DNA from: Octopus sinensis
Lineage: Eukaryota
Reading direction: 5' to 3'
Assembly: GCF_006345805.1 (NCBI RefSeq)
Contig: NC_042997.1
Location: 150,846,001-150,910,000, forward strand
Length of the DNA stretch: 64,000 nt
Shown: piece by piece, positions 42,577 to 53,823 of the stretch
Numbering within the stretch: the first letter of the stretch is position 1
How the letters are laid out: every line of letters begins with the position of its first letter
Position numbers and translations under genes: made by a program
Notes under the pieces: model-generated
What the model saw: the letters and a program-made list of their open reading frames with translations, nothing else
Databases searched by the model: none
What the model was told of the DNA's origin: nothing

Positions 42577-44046
42577 GAACATGAGATATATAGATAAAAT
42601 GAATCAACAAAAAAAGTAAATAATGAAGTTGTCTTAAAGAAAACAAAGACTGAATATCGACCCGGTTGTTGAAATTATTTATTAGTATGGCAGCAAATCC
42701 AAGATAAAAATGATAATCACGTTGACATTTTCAAAATGCCTCTACTGAAAATGAAAACGAAAATATGCTATTTTTATCACAGGGTAATTTTCTCATTCTA
42801 TACAATTTTATGTACAGTTTAAGATAATGAAGTATTTGATTTTCTTTAGTAAGTTTACGGATAAAATACAGATAAAAAAGTATCCATTCTAAATACATTA
42901 TTTGCACACATGTTGCTAACAGATTTTTTATAACGCCCAATTTTATAGAATCACAAAAGCACGCTTATATTTTCATTTCTGGTGAGCTGTTGAAACTATA
43001 AGCTGATATATGAAACGGAAGTTTAATCCCATTTTTTATTTACATTTAGTCAATAAAAAGAAAATCATATAAAGAATGTCAGAAACGTTGTAATTTCAAG
43101 CTATAGGCATAACATATTCATTTATCAGTTGCAAGAAACTTTACAAATGTCGAATAAATAATAGTTAATGTTTCGAAACATTATCAATTCTATTGAATGT
43201 AGTTAGTTGACGAGTTTATCAGCTATGCTTGTTACTGTGCTCTTAGCCAATAGATTATTTGGGGAATATATCAGAGAAAACTATAGAAAGTATTTTGTGA
43301 AAGAAAGTCATCTTGTTTAGAAAATGTCACTTTGAAATTTGAGATATGTTTATCTCTGTAAAAGAACATTAAGTATAACAATATGATTTTATACACGTGA
43401 TTAATTCCATTCATCTTGATCATTCGGTAATTCGAGACCGGGCACTCCGCCTCACTAGTGCGTGGGAAAATAAATGGATAATTTATAATTCAATTTTAGC
43501 TTTAAATTGGGATAAATACTTTATTATGCCGCGAAAAATAAATATTTCTTCCAGTAATTTCATGCGGTAAACTCATTATTCACCCTAAAATTATTTAAAA
43601 TTGCATGATGAATAGAAAAGGTTATAAAACATTCATGTGCATAGGAAGAAAACTAGAGATTTTCTAACCCCTGAAGACAGAATATTGTGAAGAGCATGCC
43701 ATTTCCAAGAGAAAATATTAAGAAACTTTTGCTCAACCTATAACTTCTAAATTTGCCTCGAAGAAAAATTTAAAATCTTGTTTCAGGATGCGCGCAAAAG
43801 TCAAAGATAAAAGACTGCGGAAATAATATATGAGAATGTTGATAGCAAGAGAAAAATCAGCAACAGATTTATATCGGAGACTGCAGGGACATAACATAAC
43901 TGTATGAAAAGAAGAGTTATAGAAATATCAATACTTTTCTACATATAAACTTTTAGTGGCGAGGAAAATATTTCAAGTCTCATAAGCGGGTTGTGAAAAC
44001 AAAACGTACACATGCATATATGAATACAGGTGTCTTGTACAATGTA

Positions 44047-44250
44047 TATAGGGAAGAGTACTGAAAAGTCCCTGGTGTCGCGAAAGGACAGGTTGGAGGC
44101 GCAACACTGTGTGTTCATTTAGAGGGCTTAGAAAAGGTGAAGGACCGCTACAATAAGTGTGTGAATTTGAGAGGGGGACACGTTGAATAAAATCATAATT
44201 AACTGATCCTCCTGTATTTCCTTTTATCCATTTCAGTCCCACCTCGTTTA
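44047..44250 (+). mobile_element. Mariner internal-deletion derivative (MITE-like)
   Basis: Imperfect TIRs GAGTACTGAAAAG / ATTTCAGTCCCACCTCG; internal GLEKVKDRYNKCVNLRGGHVE*. Confidence 0.65.
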
Positions 44251-44287
44251 TATATTGATTAAACCTCGCTAAGTTAAATATTTAAAT

Positions 44288-44350
44288 CACCTGAAGAATG
44301 ACTGTAACTCGAAATTTTATGAATTGGACAGCCATGAAACGATCGTAGTG
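44288..44350 (+). ncRNA. Type I hammerhead ribozyme, solitary
   Basis: CAC-CTGAAGA-ATG(A)CTGT..ACAG(C)CAT-GAAAC-GATC-GTA|GTG; palindromic stem III ACGATCGT; short stem I. Confidence 0.7.
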
Positions 44351-44616
44351 TTATGCTAATTATCTTTTTTTAATAATTTTGATATACATTTAAAATAATA
44401 TAAATTAATTAATCTTATGCATTGGCTTAAGTTTTTCATTGTATAATTTGCCTAATAGTGGTTTTATCTCTAATTTGATATAATATATATATATATATAT
44501 ATATACATACGCGTATGCCAGTGTTTGTATATATATTTATATATTAACTTCCAATTATTCCTATAAGAAACATTTTGTAACAAACTTTTTAATGTAATTT
44601 CAGTGTTTATCAAAAG

Positions 44617-44850
44617 TGAAGGCACATGGCTTTGTGGGTAGTCTACTAAAGTCATGATAGTAAGCTTGTGGTTTCGATTCCTGGACCAGCTGGTGCGTTG
44701 ATCTTGAGCAGAACACTTCATTTCATGTTGCTTCTGTTCACTCAGCTGGTAAACATGATACAGAGCGGCGTTCCGTCCAGGGAGGAATATATATGACAGG
44801 GAAACCGATAAGCTAGGAAACCGGCCCTATAAAACATATGGACTAATGTG
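44617..44850 (+). mobile_element. tRNA-derived SINE related to family C
   Basis: GTGAAGGCACATGGCT...GTTTCGATTCCTGGACC...CTTGAGCAGAACACTT...TTCACTCAGCTGG. Confidence 0.7.
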
Positions 44851-45376
44851 AACTAGCCATCAAAATTTCTACTTGTAAGACAGGTAGTGTATGTCTCAGA
44901 ATATTCTGCTCTGTTCTTATCTTTGAATGATATTTGGTTTTTATTTTCAGACCAGTCAATAAACATCTAGGAGTTTATTATTTAGCATCTTGTAATATAA
45001 TCGCATTTAATGCAGGGCTGCTTAGTTTTGCCTTACTTCACGCGTATTATAATAGAAATAGTATTTAAAGTCTTTACATGTGTGATTATGGAAAGATTTG
45101 TATCAGGTCTTGACAGATCATCAAGAACCTTCACTCCAAAGATATCAAGAATTAATTGTCAGAAAATAGCATAAGTAAAAAAAATCATTTATAGCACGCT
45201 TGCACATTTTTATATAATTGATTATAATAAATAGCATATCGTTTACTAAATCTTATTTTACAATCGTTTTCATTATTGATAAATATTTTGCCTAACCATT
45301 TATTTCCATATATACAGACATACATACATACACGCACACATGCACACACGAACACATACACGCAATCACACACAGA

Positions 45377-45428
<52 letters not shown>

Positions 45429-45716
45429 CATATACTATATATACCAGTAGCTGAAGAAAACAACGAAATTTGCAAACAAAGCATTGTGATAAATGTACAA
45501 ACATTTTATACCGTAACTCCGCTCCTATCTGTCCAACAAACATTCAGGAACATGGAGTTTAATGAAACTGTTATTTTCTCGCTCCCCATCTCTCTCCCTC
45601 TTTATACACACACACACACATATATATGTATGAGTACGTATGCATATGTATGTATTGTATGTATATGTATATATTACGTAAATGTATATATGCATGTATA
45701 TGTATGCATATGTATA

Positions 45717-45754
<38 letters not shown>

Positions 45755-45942
45755 CAGGCGTACATGTATATATATATATATATATTTGTTGAAATGGAAA
45801 GATGAATTTTCTTGTTACAGATTATTCAAAAGTTTAACCGATACCTGGGTAGCAAAAATCACAGCAGAAAAAAACACGGTTGGAGATAAGACCATTTGGT
45901 GTTGCAACCGTGCGTTGGTGCGGATAATTGAAGTTTAATATA

Positions 45943-46054
45943 ATTAGTGAATGGAAGAAATGGAGTTGAACGAAGATTGTACAGAATTCCTTTTATTAGA
46001 ATGTAATAAAAGGAATTCTGTACAATCTTCGTTCAACTCCATTTCTTCCATTCA

Positions 46055-46059
<5 letters not shown>
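45943..46059. repeat. Perfect 56-bp fold-back (spacer GAATG), same family as 21582-21893
   Basis: 45943-45998 is the exact reverse complement of 46004-46059; followed by (TA)n. Confidence 0.95.
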
Positions 46060-46097
<38 letters not shown>

Positions 46098-46373
46098 TAT
46101 ATATAATTAATCAATAAAAATGGTCTATGACTATTTAATTTTTTCCCACTAGGCCGCTGGTGGCAAAAAGAATTCTACAAAATTTTTTTTTTTTTTGCCA
46201 CCCTATATTGATTAATTATGAATTTTCTGGTTAATTCCGTAATGGAATCGACGGCTTATATTTATTTGCTGCCGATAAATTTGGCGCGAGTGCGACGATT
46301 TGAAAATTTTAGGTCAGATATTACCTTGGCAGGGTCGGAAATGCCTCGTGAAAATATCTGTTCCGACTTGGCT

Positions 46374-46480
46374 ATTTCTTGTTGAAGAATCTGAGGGCCT
46401 ATGGAAGATTGGTTTGATTTAATTTAATCAGGTTAGTTTACCATTAAACAGCAGATGAAACGGTGCATCGTACAAGAAAT
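46374..46480 (+). ncRNA. Array HHR copy 1 (C3>U, predicted inactive)
   Basis: ATTTCTTG-TTGAAGA-ATCTG..CAGAT-GAAAC-GGTGCATC-GTA|CAAGAAAT. Confidence 0.75.
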
Positions 46481-46872
46481 TACAGGGTAAATGTTTTTTA
46501 AATTTTCTCCTGTTTACGGAATTAATCTTTATTTGCGGTTGAAGCTTTGGCTGTTATTTCTAGCGGGTGAATGGCCTATTATGGCCGTTCCTTGATTGTT
46601 GATGTTGAACTTAAAAATGGTCTATGACTATTTAATTTTTTCCCACTAGGCCGCTGGTGGCAAAAAGAATTCTACAAAATTTTTTTTTTTTTTTTGCCAC
46701 CCTATATTGATTAATTATGAATTTTCTGGTTAATTCCGTAATGGAATCGACGGCTTATATTTATTTGCTGCCGATAAATTTGGCGCGAGTGCGACGATTT
46801 GAAAATTTTAGGTCAGATATTACCTTGGCAGGGTCGGAAATGCCTCGTGAAAATATCTGTTCCGACTTGGCT

Positions 46873-46978
46873 ATTTCTTGCTGAAGAATCTGAGGGCCTA
46901 TGGAAGATTGGCTTGATTTAATTTAATCAGGTTAGTTACCATTAAACAGCAGATGAAACGGTGCATCGTACAAGAAAT
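46873..46978 (+). ncRNA. Array HHR copy 2
   Basis: ATTTCTTG-CTGAAGA(46881)-ATCTG..CAGAT-GAAAC-GGTGCATC-GTA|CAAGAAAT; cut predicted after 46970. Confidence 0.88.
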
Positions 46979-47369
46979 TACAGGGTAAATGTTTTTTAAA
47001 TTTTCTCCTGTTTACGGAATTAATCTTTATTTGCGGTTGAAGCTTTGGCTGTTATTTCTAGTGGGTGAATGGCCTATTATGGCCGTTCTTGATTGTTGAT
47101 GTTGAACTTAAAAATGGTCTATGACTATTTAATTTTTTCCCACTAGGCCGCTGGTGGCAAAAAGAATTCTACAAAATTTTTTTTTTTTTTTTGCCACCCT
47201 ATATTGATTAATTATGAATTTTCTGGTTAATTCCCTAATGGAATCGACGGCTTATATTTATTTGCTGCCGATAAATTTGGCGCGAGTGCGACGATTTGAA
47301 AATTTTAGGTCAGATATTACCTTGGCAGGGTCGGAAATGCCTCGTGAAAATATCTGTTCCGACTTGGCT

Positions 47370-47476
47370 ATTTCTTGCTGAAGAATCTGAGGGCCTATGG
47401 AAGATTGGCTTGATTTAATTTAATCAGGTTAGTTTACCATTAAACAGCAGATGAAACGGTGCATCGTACAAGAAAT
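47370..47476 (+). ncRNA. Array HHR copy 3
   Basis: Same motif; core at 47378; cut predicted after 47468. Confidence 0.88.
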
Positions 47477-47870
47477 TACAGGGTAAATGTTTTTTAAATT
47501 TTCTCCTGTTTACGGAATTAATCTTTATTTGCGGTTGAAGCTTTGGCTGTTATTTCTAGTGGGTGAATGGCCTATTATGGCCGTTCCTTGATTGTTGATG
47601 TTGAACTTAAAAATGGTCTATGACTATTTAATTTTTTCCCACTAGGCCGCTGGTGGCAAAAAGAATTCTACAAAATTTTTTTTTTTTTTTTTTGCCACCC
47701 TATATTGATTAATTATGAATTTTCTGGTTAATTCCCTAATGGAATCGACGGCTTATATTTATTTGCTGCCGATAAATTTGGCGCGAGTGCGACGATTTGA
47801 AAATTTTAGGTCAGATATTACCTTGGCAGGGTCGGAAATGCCTCGTGAAAATATCTGTTCCGACTTGGCT

Positions 47871-47977
47871 ATTTCTTGCTGAAGAATCTGAGGGCCTATG
47901 GAAGATTGGCTTGATTTAATTTAATCAGGTTAGTTTACCATTAAACAGCAGATGAAACGGTGCATCGTACAAGAAAT
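47871..47977 (+). ncRNA. Array HHR copy 4
   Basis: Same motif; core at 47879; cut predicted after 47969. Confidence 0.88.
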
Positions 47978-48369
47978 TACAGGGTAAATGTTTTTTAAAT
48001 TTTCTCCTGTTTACGGAATTAATCTTTATTTGCGGTTGAAGCTTTGGCTGTTATTTCTAGTGGGTGAATGGCCTATTATGGCCGTTCCTTGATTGTTGAT
48101 GTTGAACTTAAAAATGGTCTATGACTATTTAATTTTTTCCCACTAGGCCGCTGGTGGCAAAAAGAATTCTACAAAATTTTTTTTTTTTTTTTGCCACCCT
48201 ATATTGATTAATTATGAATCTTCTGGTTAATTCCGTAATGGAATCGACGGCTTATATTTATTTGCTGCCGATAAATTTGGCGCGAGTGCGACGATTTGAA
48301 AATTTTAGGTCAGATATTACCTTGGCAGGGTCGGAAATGCCTCGTGAAAATATCTATTCCAACTTGGCT

Positions 48370-48476
48370 ATTTCTTGCTGAAGAATCTGAGGGCCTATGG
48401 AAGATTGGCTTGATTTAATTTAATCAGGTTAGTTTACCATTAAACAGCAGATGAAACGGTGCATCGTACAAGAAAT
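48370..48476 (+). ncRNA. Array HHR copy 5
   Basis: Same motif; core at 48378; cut predicted after 48468. Confidence 0.88.
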
Positions 48477-48656
48477 TACAGGGTAAATGTTTTTTAAATT
48501 TTCTCCTGTTTACGGAATTAATCTTTATTTGCGGTTGAAGCTTTGGCTGTTATTTCTAGTGGGTGAATGGCCTATTATGGCCGTTCCTTGATTGTTGATA
48601 TATATATATATATATATATGCATGTATATATATATATATTTATACATGTATGTACA

Positions 48657-48727
<71 letters not shown>

Positions 48728-48933
48728 CGTTATTATTAAAATTATAATGTACGCCATAATCGAAACTGCAGCTTTTCTGCGGGATAGGTCGTAACACACA
48801 CGTGGTTATAAAGATAGATAGGTATCACATTCGGCTGTATGATTTGGGGAGTGCCGTTGAATATTAGTTATTTGATGAAGCTTAATCACTTTCATATTTA
48901 ATCCTAACACTCGCAAATTTATAACTCGGAGTA

Positions 48934-48993
48934 TTACGTTGAGGAGAACAATAGGTAAATATAATATACTTTAAGTTCGAAACGCGTCTGTGA
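48934..48993 (+). ncRNA. Hammerhead with C3>U, different family
   Basis: TTACG-TTGAGGA-GAAC..GTTC-GAAAC-GC-GTC|TGTGA; palindromic ACGCGT. Confidence 0.65.
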
Positions 48994-49477
48994 TTAACCG
49001 AAGTCGTGAGAACTCATCGTTTATCTTTTAACCTACATAAAATATTGTGTTATTGTCTCGGAGACATTAGCGTCTATTTTTCTTTCAGTACGTGGCGACG
49101 TACTTAGCTAGCCGCTGATTATAATTATGCATAGAATTAAATTATAGAATATTATATATATATACGTTTCTATATATATTTGTGTATCATGACTCATGCC
49201 TTGGTTTCTTCGAAAAGTTGAAGTTATGTACTTTTATGTCTCTTTCTTCTTCTCTCTTTCCATCTCCTCATACTTTTACTCCTTTACACTGTGTTATCAT
49301 CTTATTGATATATACCATTCTCATTTTCCATATTTCTTCACCAATTTACTTTGATGACTGAACATCCCATACTCGAGGATATCCCAGAAACAGATGTAAG
49401 ATTTTGAATTTCTTCCTGTAATAATACTGTATATGAATTGAGATGTTTGCCTTGCTTTAAAAGTTGACATCCTGTTT

Positions 49478-49520
<43 letters not shown>

Positions 49521-49522
<2 letters not shown>

Positions 49523-49644
49523 CTGATTTAATCTCCAGGGATACAGGCATCCAGCAACAGGACCTCCGTAATGCTATGATGGACCGTGAAGTCTGGCGTT
49601 GCATGGTAAGTTCCATTGTCTCGACGACGGTTGAACAATGATGA
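49521..49644 (+). mobile_element. RTE-type LINE 3' end within (TA)n
   Basis: [35 protein letters not shown], ending TGATGAT. Confidence 0.75.
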
Positions 49645-49647
49645 TAT

Positions 49648-49698
<51 letters not shown>

Positions 49699-49771
49699 AT
49701 ATATATATATAATTTCTATATATATATTTAAATATATGTAAGTTTATACATATATACATATATATGTATGT

Positions 49772-49810
<39 letters not shown>

Positions 49811-51479
49811 CACATATATATATATACATATATATATATATACTAGAGCCTCGCCATCTGATGCAGTTTAATGTCATACCAGGGATAAAATACATACTAA
49901 ATACATACATGAAAACATACAATGAGCATTTATTTCAATTATTTCATGTTTTATGAGTATATTCCTATGTACATATGAAGTATGAATCATTTACATTAAG
50001 AAAATATTCTCATTTCCGATTTCAGTTCTGCAAATATTTTTGTTGTTGTTTGTATTTAATAATTTTCGTAGTATATATCTGAACTCCGTTGTGTTCGTTT
50101 GTTTTTCTTGTTATGGGACTCGTATTTATCTTCTCTAATTTTTTGTCCTCTGGAAAGATAATTTAAGAGTACTACTGTCTCATTTTCCAACACCATAGCA
50201 TTTTCCACTCTCCTCCTTCACCATCCCCATCACTATCATCGTCCTCATCGTCATCATAATCTTTATCTTTACAATTAGCAACAGCTGCAAGAAAAGCACT
50301 ATCAGAACCATCATAATTATCAAAATAGCCATAGTTATTTTGCTTCTATATAGTCATCAATGATTAATGTCCGCCAAAAAAAAATAATAAATAAAATAAT
50401 CACACCAGTACTTGAAAATCTCTCTTAATATTATATGAAGATAATTCATCATAGATTATCTAATTATTTCCTCGGTGATTATCTTGTACGACTCTAGACA
50501 AATGCGCCTCTCCGACAACAACCTCGCCTTTTTGATAAGTAATTAATTACACATTTTCCCATTCTTTCTGCATAAATATCTCTTTCAGAATATCTGTTCC
50601 AGTTTCATCCTTTTTAACACAATCATTCATTATTTTGGCATACGTACACGAAAAAAATATTTCATAGCATCAGGCGTAATTAAGTTCGCATTTCTCTTCA
50701 ATAATACAGATACAATATAGTCCACTTTTTCTACTCTTTTCTCTATATTTAGCTTTCGTAAATAACTTATCAGTAAATTTTAGTGCATATGGGTTATAGC
50801 AAAACATTATTAAAACACGAAATTTACATTATGTTCTCGGACTCACTCAGAATGAGAATCCAATCTACTTTATAAAGCTGCGCTTCGTAGTGGTTAAATA
50901 TTTAGCTTAATACGCTACATTTATAGAATCTCTGTATAATGTTTTATTTGTTACTTCCAAGTACATGGAGTCTAATTTAGCTTCTTCTCCTAGAGCAGAA
51001 GCACATTATATTGTATGAACATTTGATCATGTTTTTTGTAATCATTGGTGTATGTCACCAAAGGCAATGTAGTTTTCCAATTTAGCTTAAGGATATGAGT
51101 CATGTTATTGTGTATACAAATACCTAAATACCTTTGAAGCAGAATATAAATGAATTATCGATTGTAGTGTGGAATAAAATCATTTAACTAATTTTATTAG
51201 TATTAAATATTGATTCCTATTATAGGCCAAATATCGTGCAAGACGACATATTTGATTCAATGAAACTTTCGATTTGATTGTTTCATTGATATTTATTCAA
51301 ACAATCAAGGTAGATTTGCTCGATTTACTTATAAACATTAATTTATCATCGAGAATTTAAAAAATAAGTCTAATGAATGATGAAAGCCGAACTGCAATAT
51401 AGCAGATACAAAGACTGGATGATCACGAAGGGAAATTATTTGATGTTAGGCTTATTCTCTACTTACTGGGAAAGAATAA

Positions 51480-52060
51480 CGAAAAGTGCATATTTTCAAG
51501 AGAAATTTCAAATTGTTAGATGAAAGTAATAACCAAGACAATTTCTCTGTACTCAACGTACAATGTATTTTCAAGTGACATTAAAATTACATTCGGTGTC
51601 GAGAAATTTACTATGCTGGAAGAGTAAAAAAAAATAAGACGAGATAGTAGTGAAATATTTATTAGTTACAATAATAAATTGTTTCTTGTAGAAGTAGCAA
51701 AATGTCTAGGAATATTAGAAAATAATAAAGTTAAAAGTGTAGAAATTCAGAAAGCTTTCAGTATAGAAAATGCCCTGTAAAATAAGATTTTGAAATCCAA
51801 ATTGAATACTAGAAATATTACACAATTCACTAATTTATTATCATTAATAAGGCATGAGACAGGATTAACTGAGTGACGAAAGGATACATTAGGTAATGTC
51901 GGAAGACGAGAAAACGACTCATACTGTACAGCAGCATGCATCCTGCTAAATACATGTCGACCGTTTATACCAGTAAAGAACAGGAGGAAGGCTATGAATT
52001 CACCTTGAAGGCATTTTAGAATTAGAGAAGAGTTGATAAATGAAGGTTCATTTACGGAGC
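51480..52060 (+). mobile_element. Decayed R4/Dong-like RT fragment
   Basis: FSSDIKITFGVEKF; ILKSKLNTRNI; VDRLY..RTGGR in shifting frames. Confidence 0.7.
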
Positions 52061-52369
52061 CATTACAACGTTAATGAAGCAAATATAAAAAAGAATGACA
52101 AAATATGAATTGCTAACAAGGGGAACACTGACTTTGGCTAGGAAAAAGTGTTGAAGTATTTCCAAGAAAGAGCTTGGGAGGTCGATTCTAACAGCACCTC
52201 GCAGAATCACACATACCTTCGATTATTGTTATATTGAGTGAACGAAAAATTTGAAAGATATCGTTCGAATAATGAACTGCCATAAGCATGTCTTCCAATC
52301 GGTTGCCGGCATACTCTGCTGGAATCTGTGCAAGAGACTTCACTTTGCATGCAGGAATACAAGAGCTAT

Positions 52370-52780
52370 AGTTAACACACCGGGTGAAATGCTTAGCGTT
52401 AATTTGTCTGTCTTTACCTTCTGAGTTCAAATTCCTCCAATGTCGACTTTGCCTTTCATCCTTTCGAGGTCGATAAATTAAGTACCAGTTACGCACTGGA
52501 GTCGTTGTAATCGACTTAATCCGTTTGTCTGTCCTAGCTTGTTCCCTCTATGTTTAGCCCCTTTTGGGCAATAAAAAAATAAGAAACGTTAGCACCCTGG
52601 GTGAAATGCTTAGCGTTATTTTGTGACTTTACGTTCTGAGTTAAAATTTCGTCGAGGTCGACTTTGCCTTTCATCCTTTCAGAGTCGAAAAATTTAGTAC
52701 CAGTTGCGTACTGGGGTCGATCTAATTGACTGGCCGCCTCCCCAAAACCTTCGGGCCTCGTGCCTTGAGTAGGAAAAATA
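52370..52780 (+). mobile_element. Head-to-tail SINE family B dimer
   Basis: Two GTTA(A/G)CAC.C.GGGTGAAATGCTTAGCG...GTCGACTTTGCCTTTCATCCTTTC units (~52370, ~52585) with different 3' tails. Confidence 0.85.
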
Positions 52781-52984
52781 TTGGGTTTTGCTTGTTTAGC
52801 ATTCACATTCGTTAGTCGTATTCATTGCATGTGAAACCTTTTCCATCTGGAGGACTGAAGTGCTTGATTTCCTCATTATTTTTATTGTAGGTGATGGTTA
52901 CATTTCATAATACATGGTACGTTTCAGTATTGAGAAATTTATACGTTCTAATTTTCAATATATTTACGTCTAATAGGGCATCGA

Positions 52985-53165
52985 GCTGGACAAATCATTA
53001 GCACTCCAGGCAAAATGCTTACCGGTGTTTCGTTTGACATAAACTTCTATCTTCAAATCTCGCAGGAGTCGAATTTGCATCTCATCATTTTCGTGTCGTT
53101 AAAATAAGTACCAGTTATAAACTTGTGTCAATAACAGTGACGTACCCATCCCTTAAAATTGCTTA
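52985..53165 (+). mobile_element. Degenerate SINE family B
   Basis: GAGCTGG..AAATCATTAGCACTCC.GGCAAAATGCTTA...AAATAAGTACCAGTT. Confidence 0.6.
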
Positions 53166-53788
53166 CTTTTTGAAACCAATATCTATAAGTCTACTTATTT
53201 GCCTCTTTTAATTAACAGACGTACGTACATAGTCACACAAGCTCATACATATAGACACACTCAAACAAGCACGCATAGACACATGAATTCATGCATACGT
53301 TCACATTCACATACACACATACATGTATACAAACACATATGCACATGCACACATGCATATGTGCATAAACTAGCACACATGCACACAGGAAGACACACAC
53401 ATGCGTACAAACACACAAAAGGAATGCAGCTCCGATAACGGACATATTCAACATCCACTGGCAAGATAGAAAAGTAACGAATATTTTGGAAAAATATATA
53501 AATAATAAATGAGTGGAAACTGAAGCGGTGAGACAGTCAGATATTAGAGCATTAGGGCAGTATGACTCTCCCCAGCCCCCAAAAATTTGCTTCAACAAAC
53601 GAATTCACTTCAAGGCTCTATCAAGCCAGATATAAAACTTCGATATCTGACTAACTGTACACTGGGCACCGGTTCAGACAATGCCAATTTGATGAAGGTA
53701 GTGAGATCAAGGAAGGCACATATATTTGAAAACTATAAACGGCAAAGGTAAAAGCCCATATGTCGTTTTCGACGGGAGAGTCCATCGC

Positions 53789-53823
<35 letters not shown>

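Larger units (their letters stand above)
46116..48599 (+). mobile_element. Five-copy tandem array of a ~499-bp non-coding HHR-bearing unit (non-LTR retrozyme-like), within (TA)n
   Basis: TGGTCTATGA recurs at 46121, 46618, 47115, 47614, 48115; units near-identical; no ORF of 60 aa or more inside; one HHR per unit. Confidence 0.9.

Noticed and set aside
45451-45480. CTGAAGA-AAACAAC-GAAA-TTTGCAAAC
   Set aside because: No stem II, no U16.1 and no stem I.
46116-48599. Array as CRISPR, rDNA/5S or snRNA cluster
   Set aside because: No spacer variation, ~500-bp units, no similarity to RNA genes, eukaryotic context.
46116-48599. Second ribozyme on the minus strand of the array unit
   Set aside because: No TCNTCAG (reverse CTGANGA) in the unit, and no convincing HDV-like P1 for GGCCGCT.
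50200-50350. Acidic DDDEDDDSD-like frame on the minus strand
   Set aside because: Decayed (GAT)n microsatellite.
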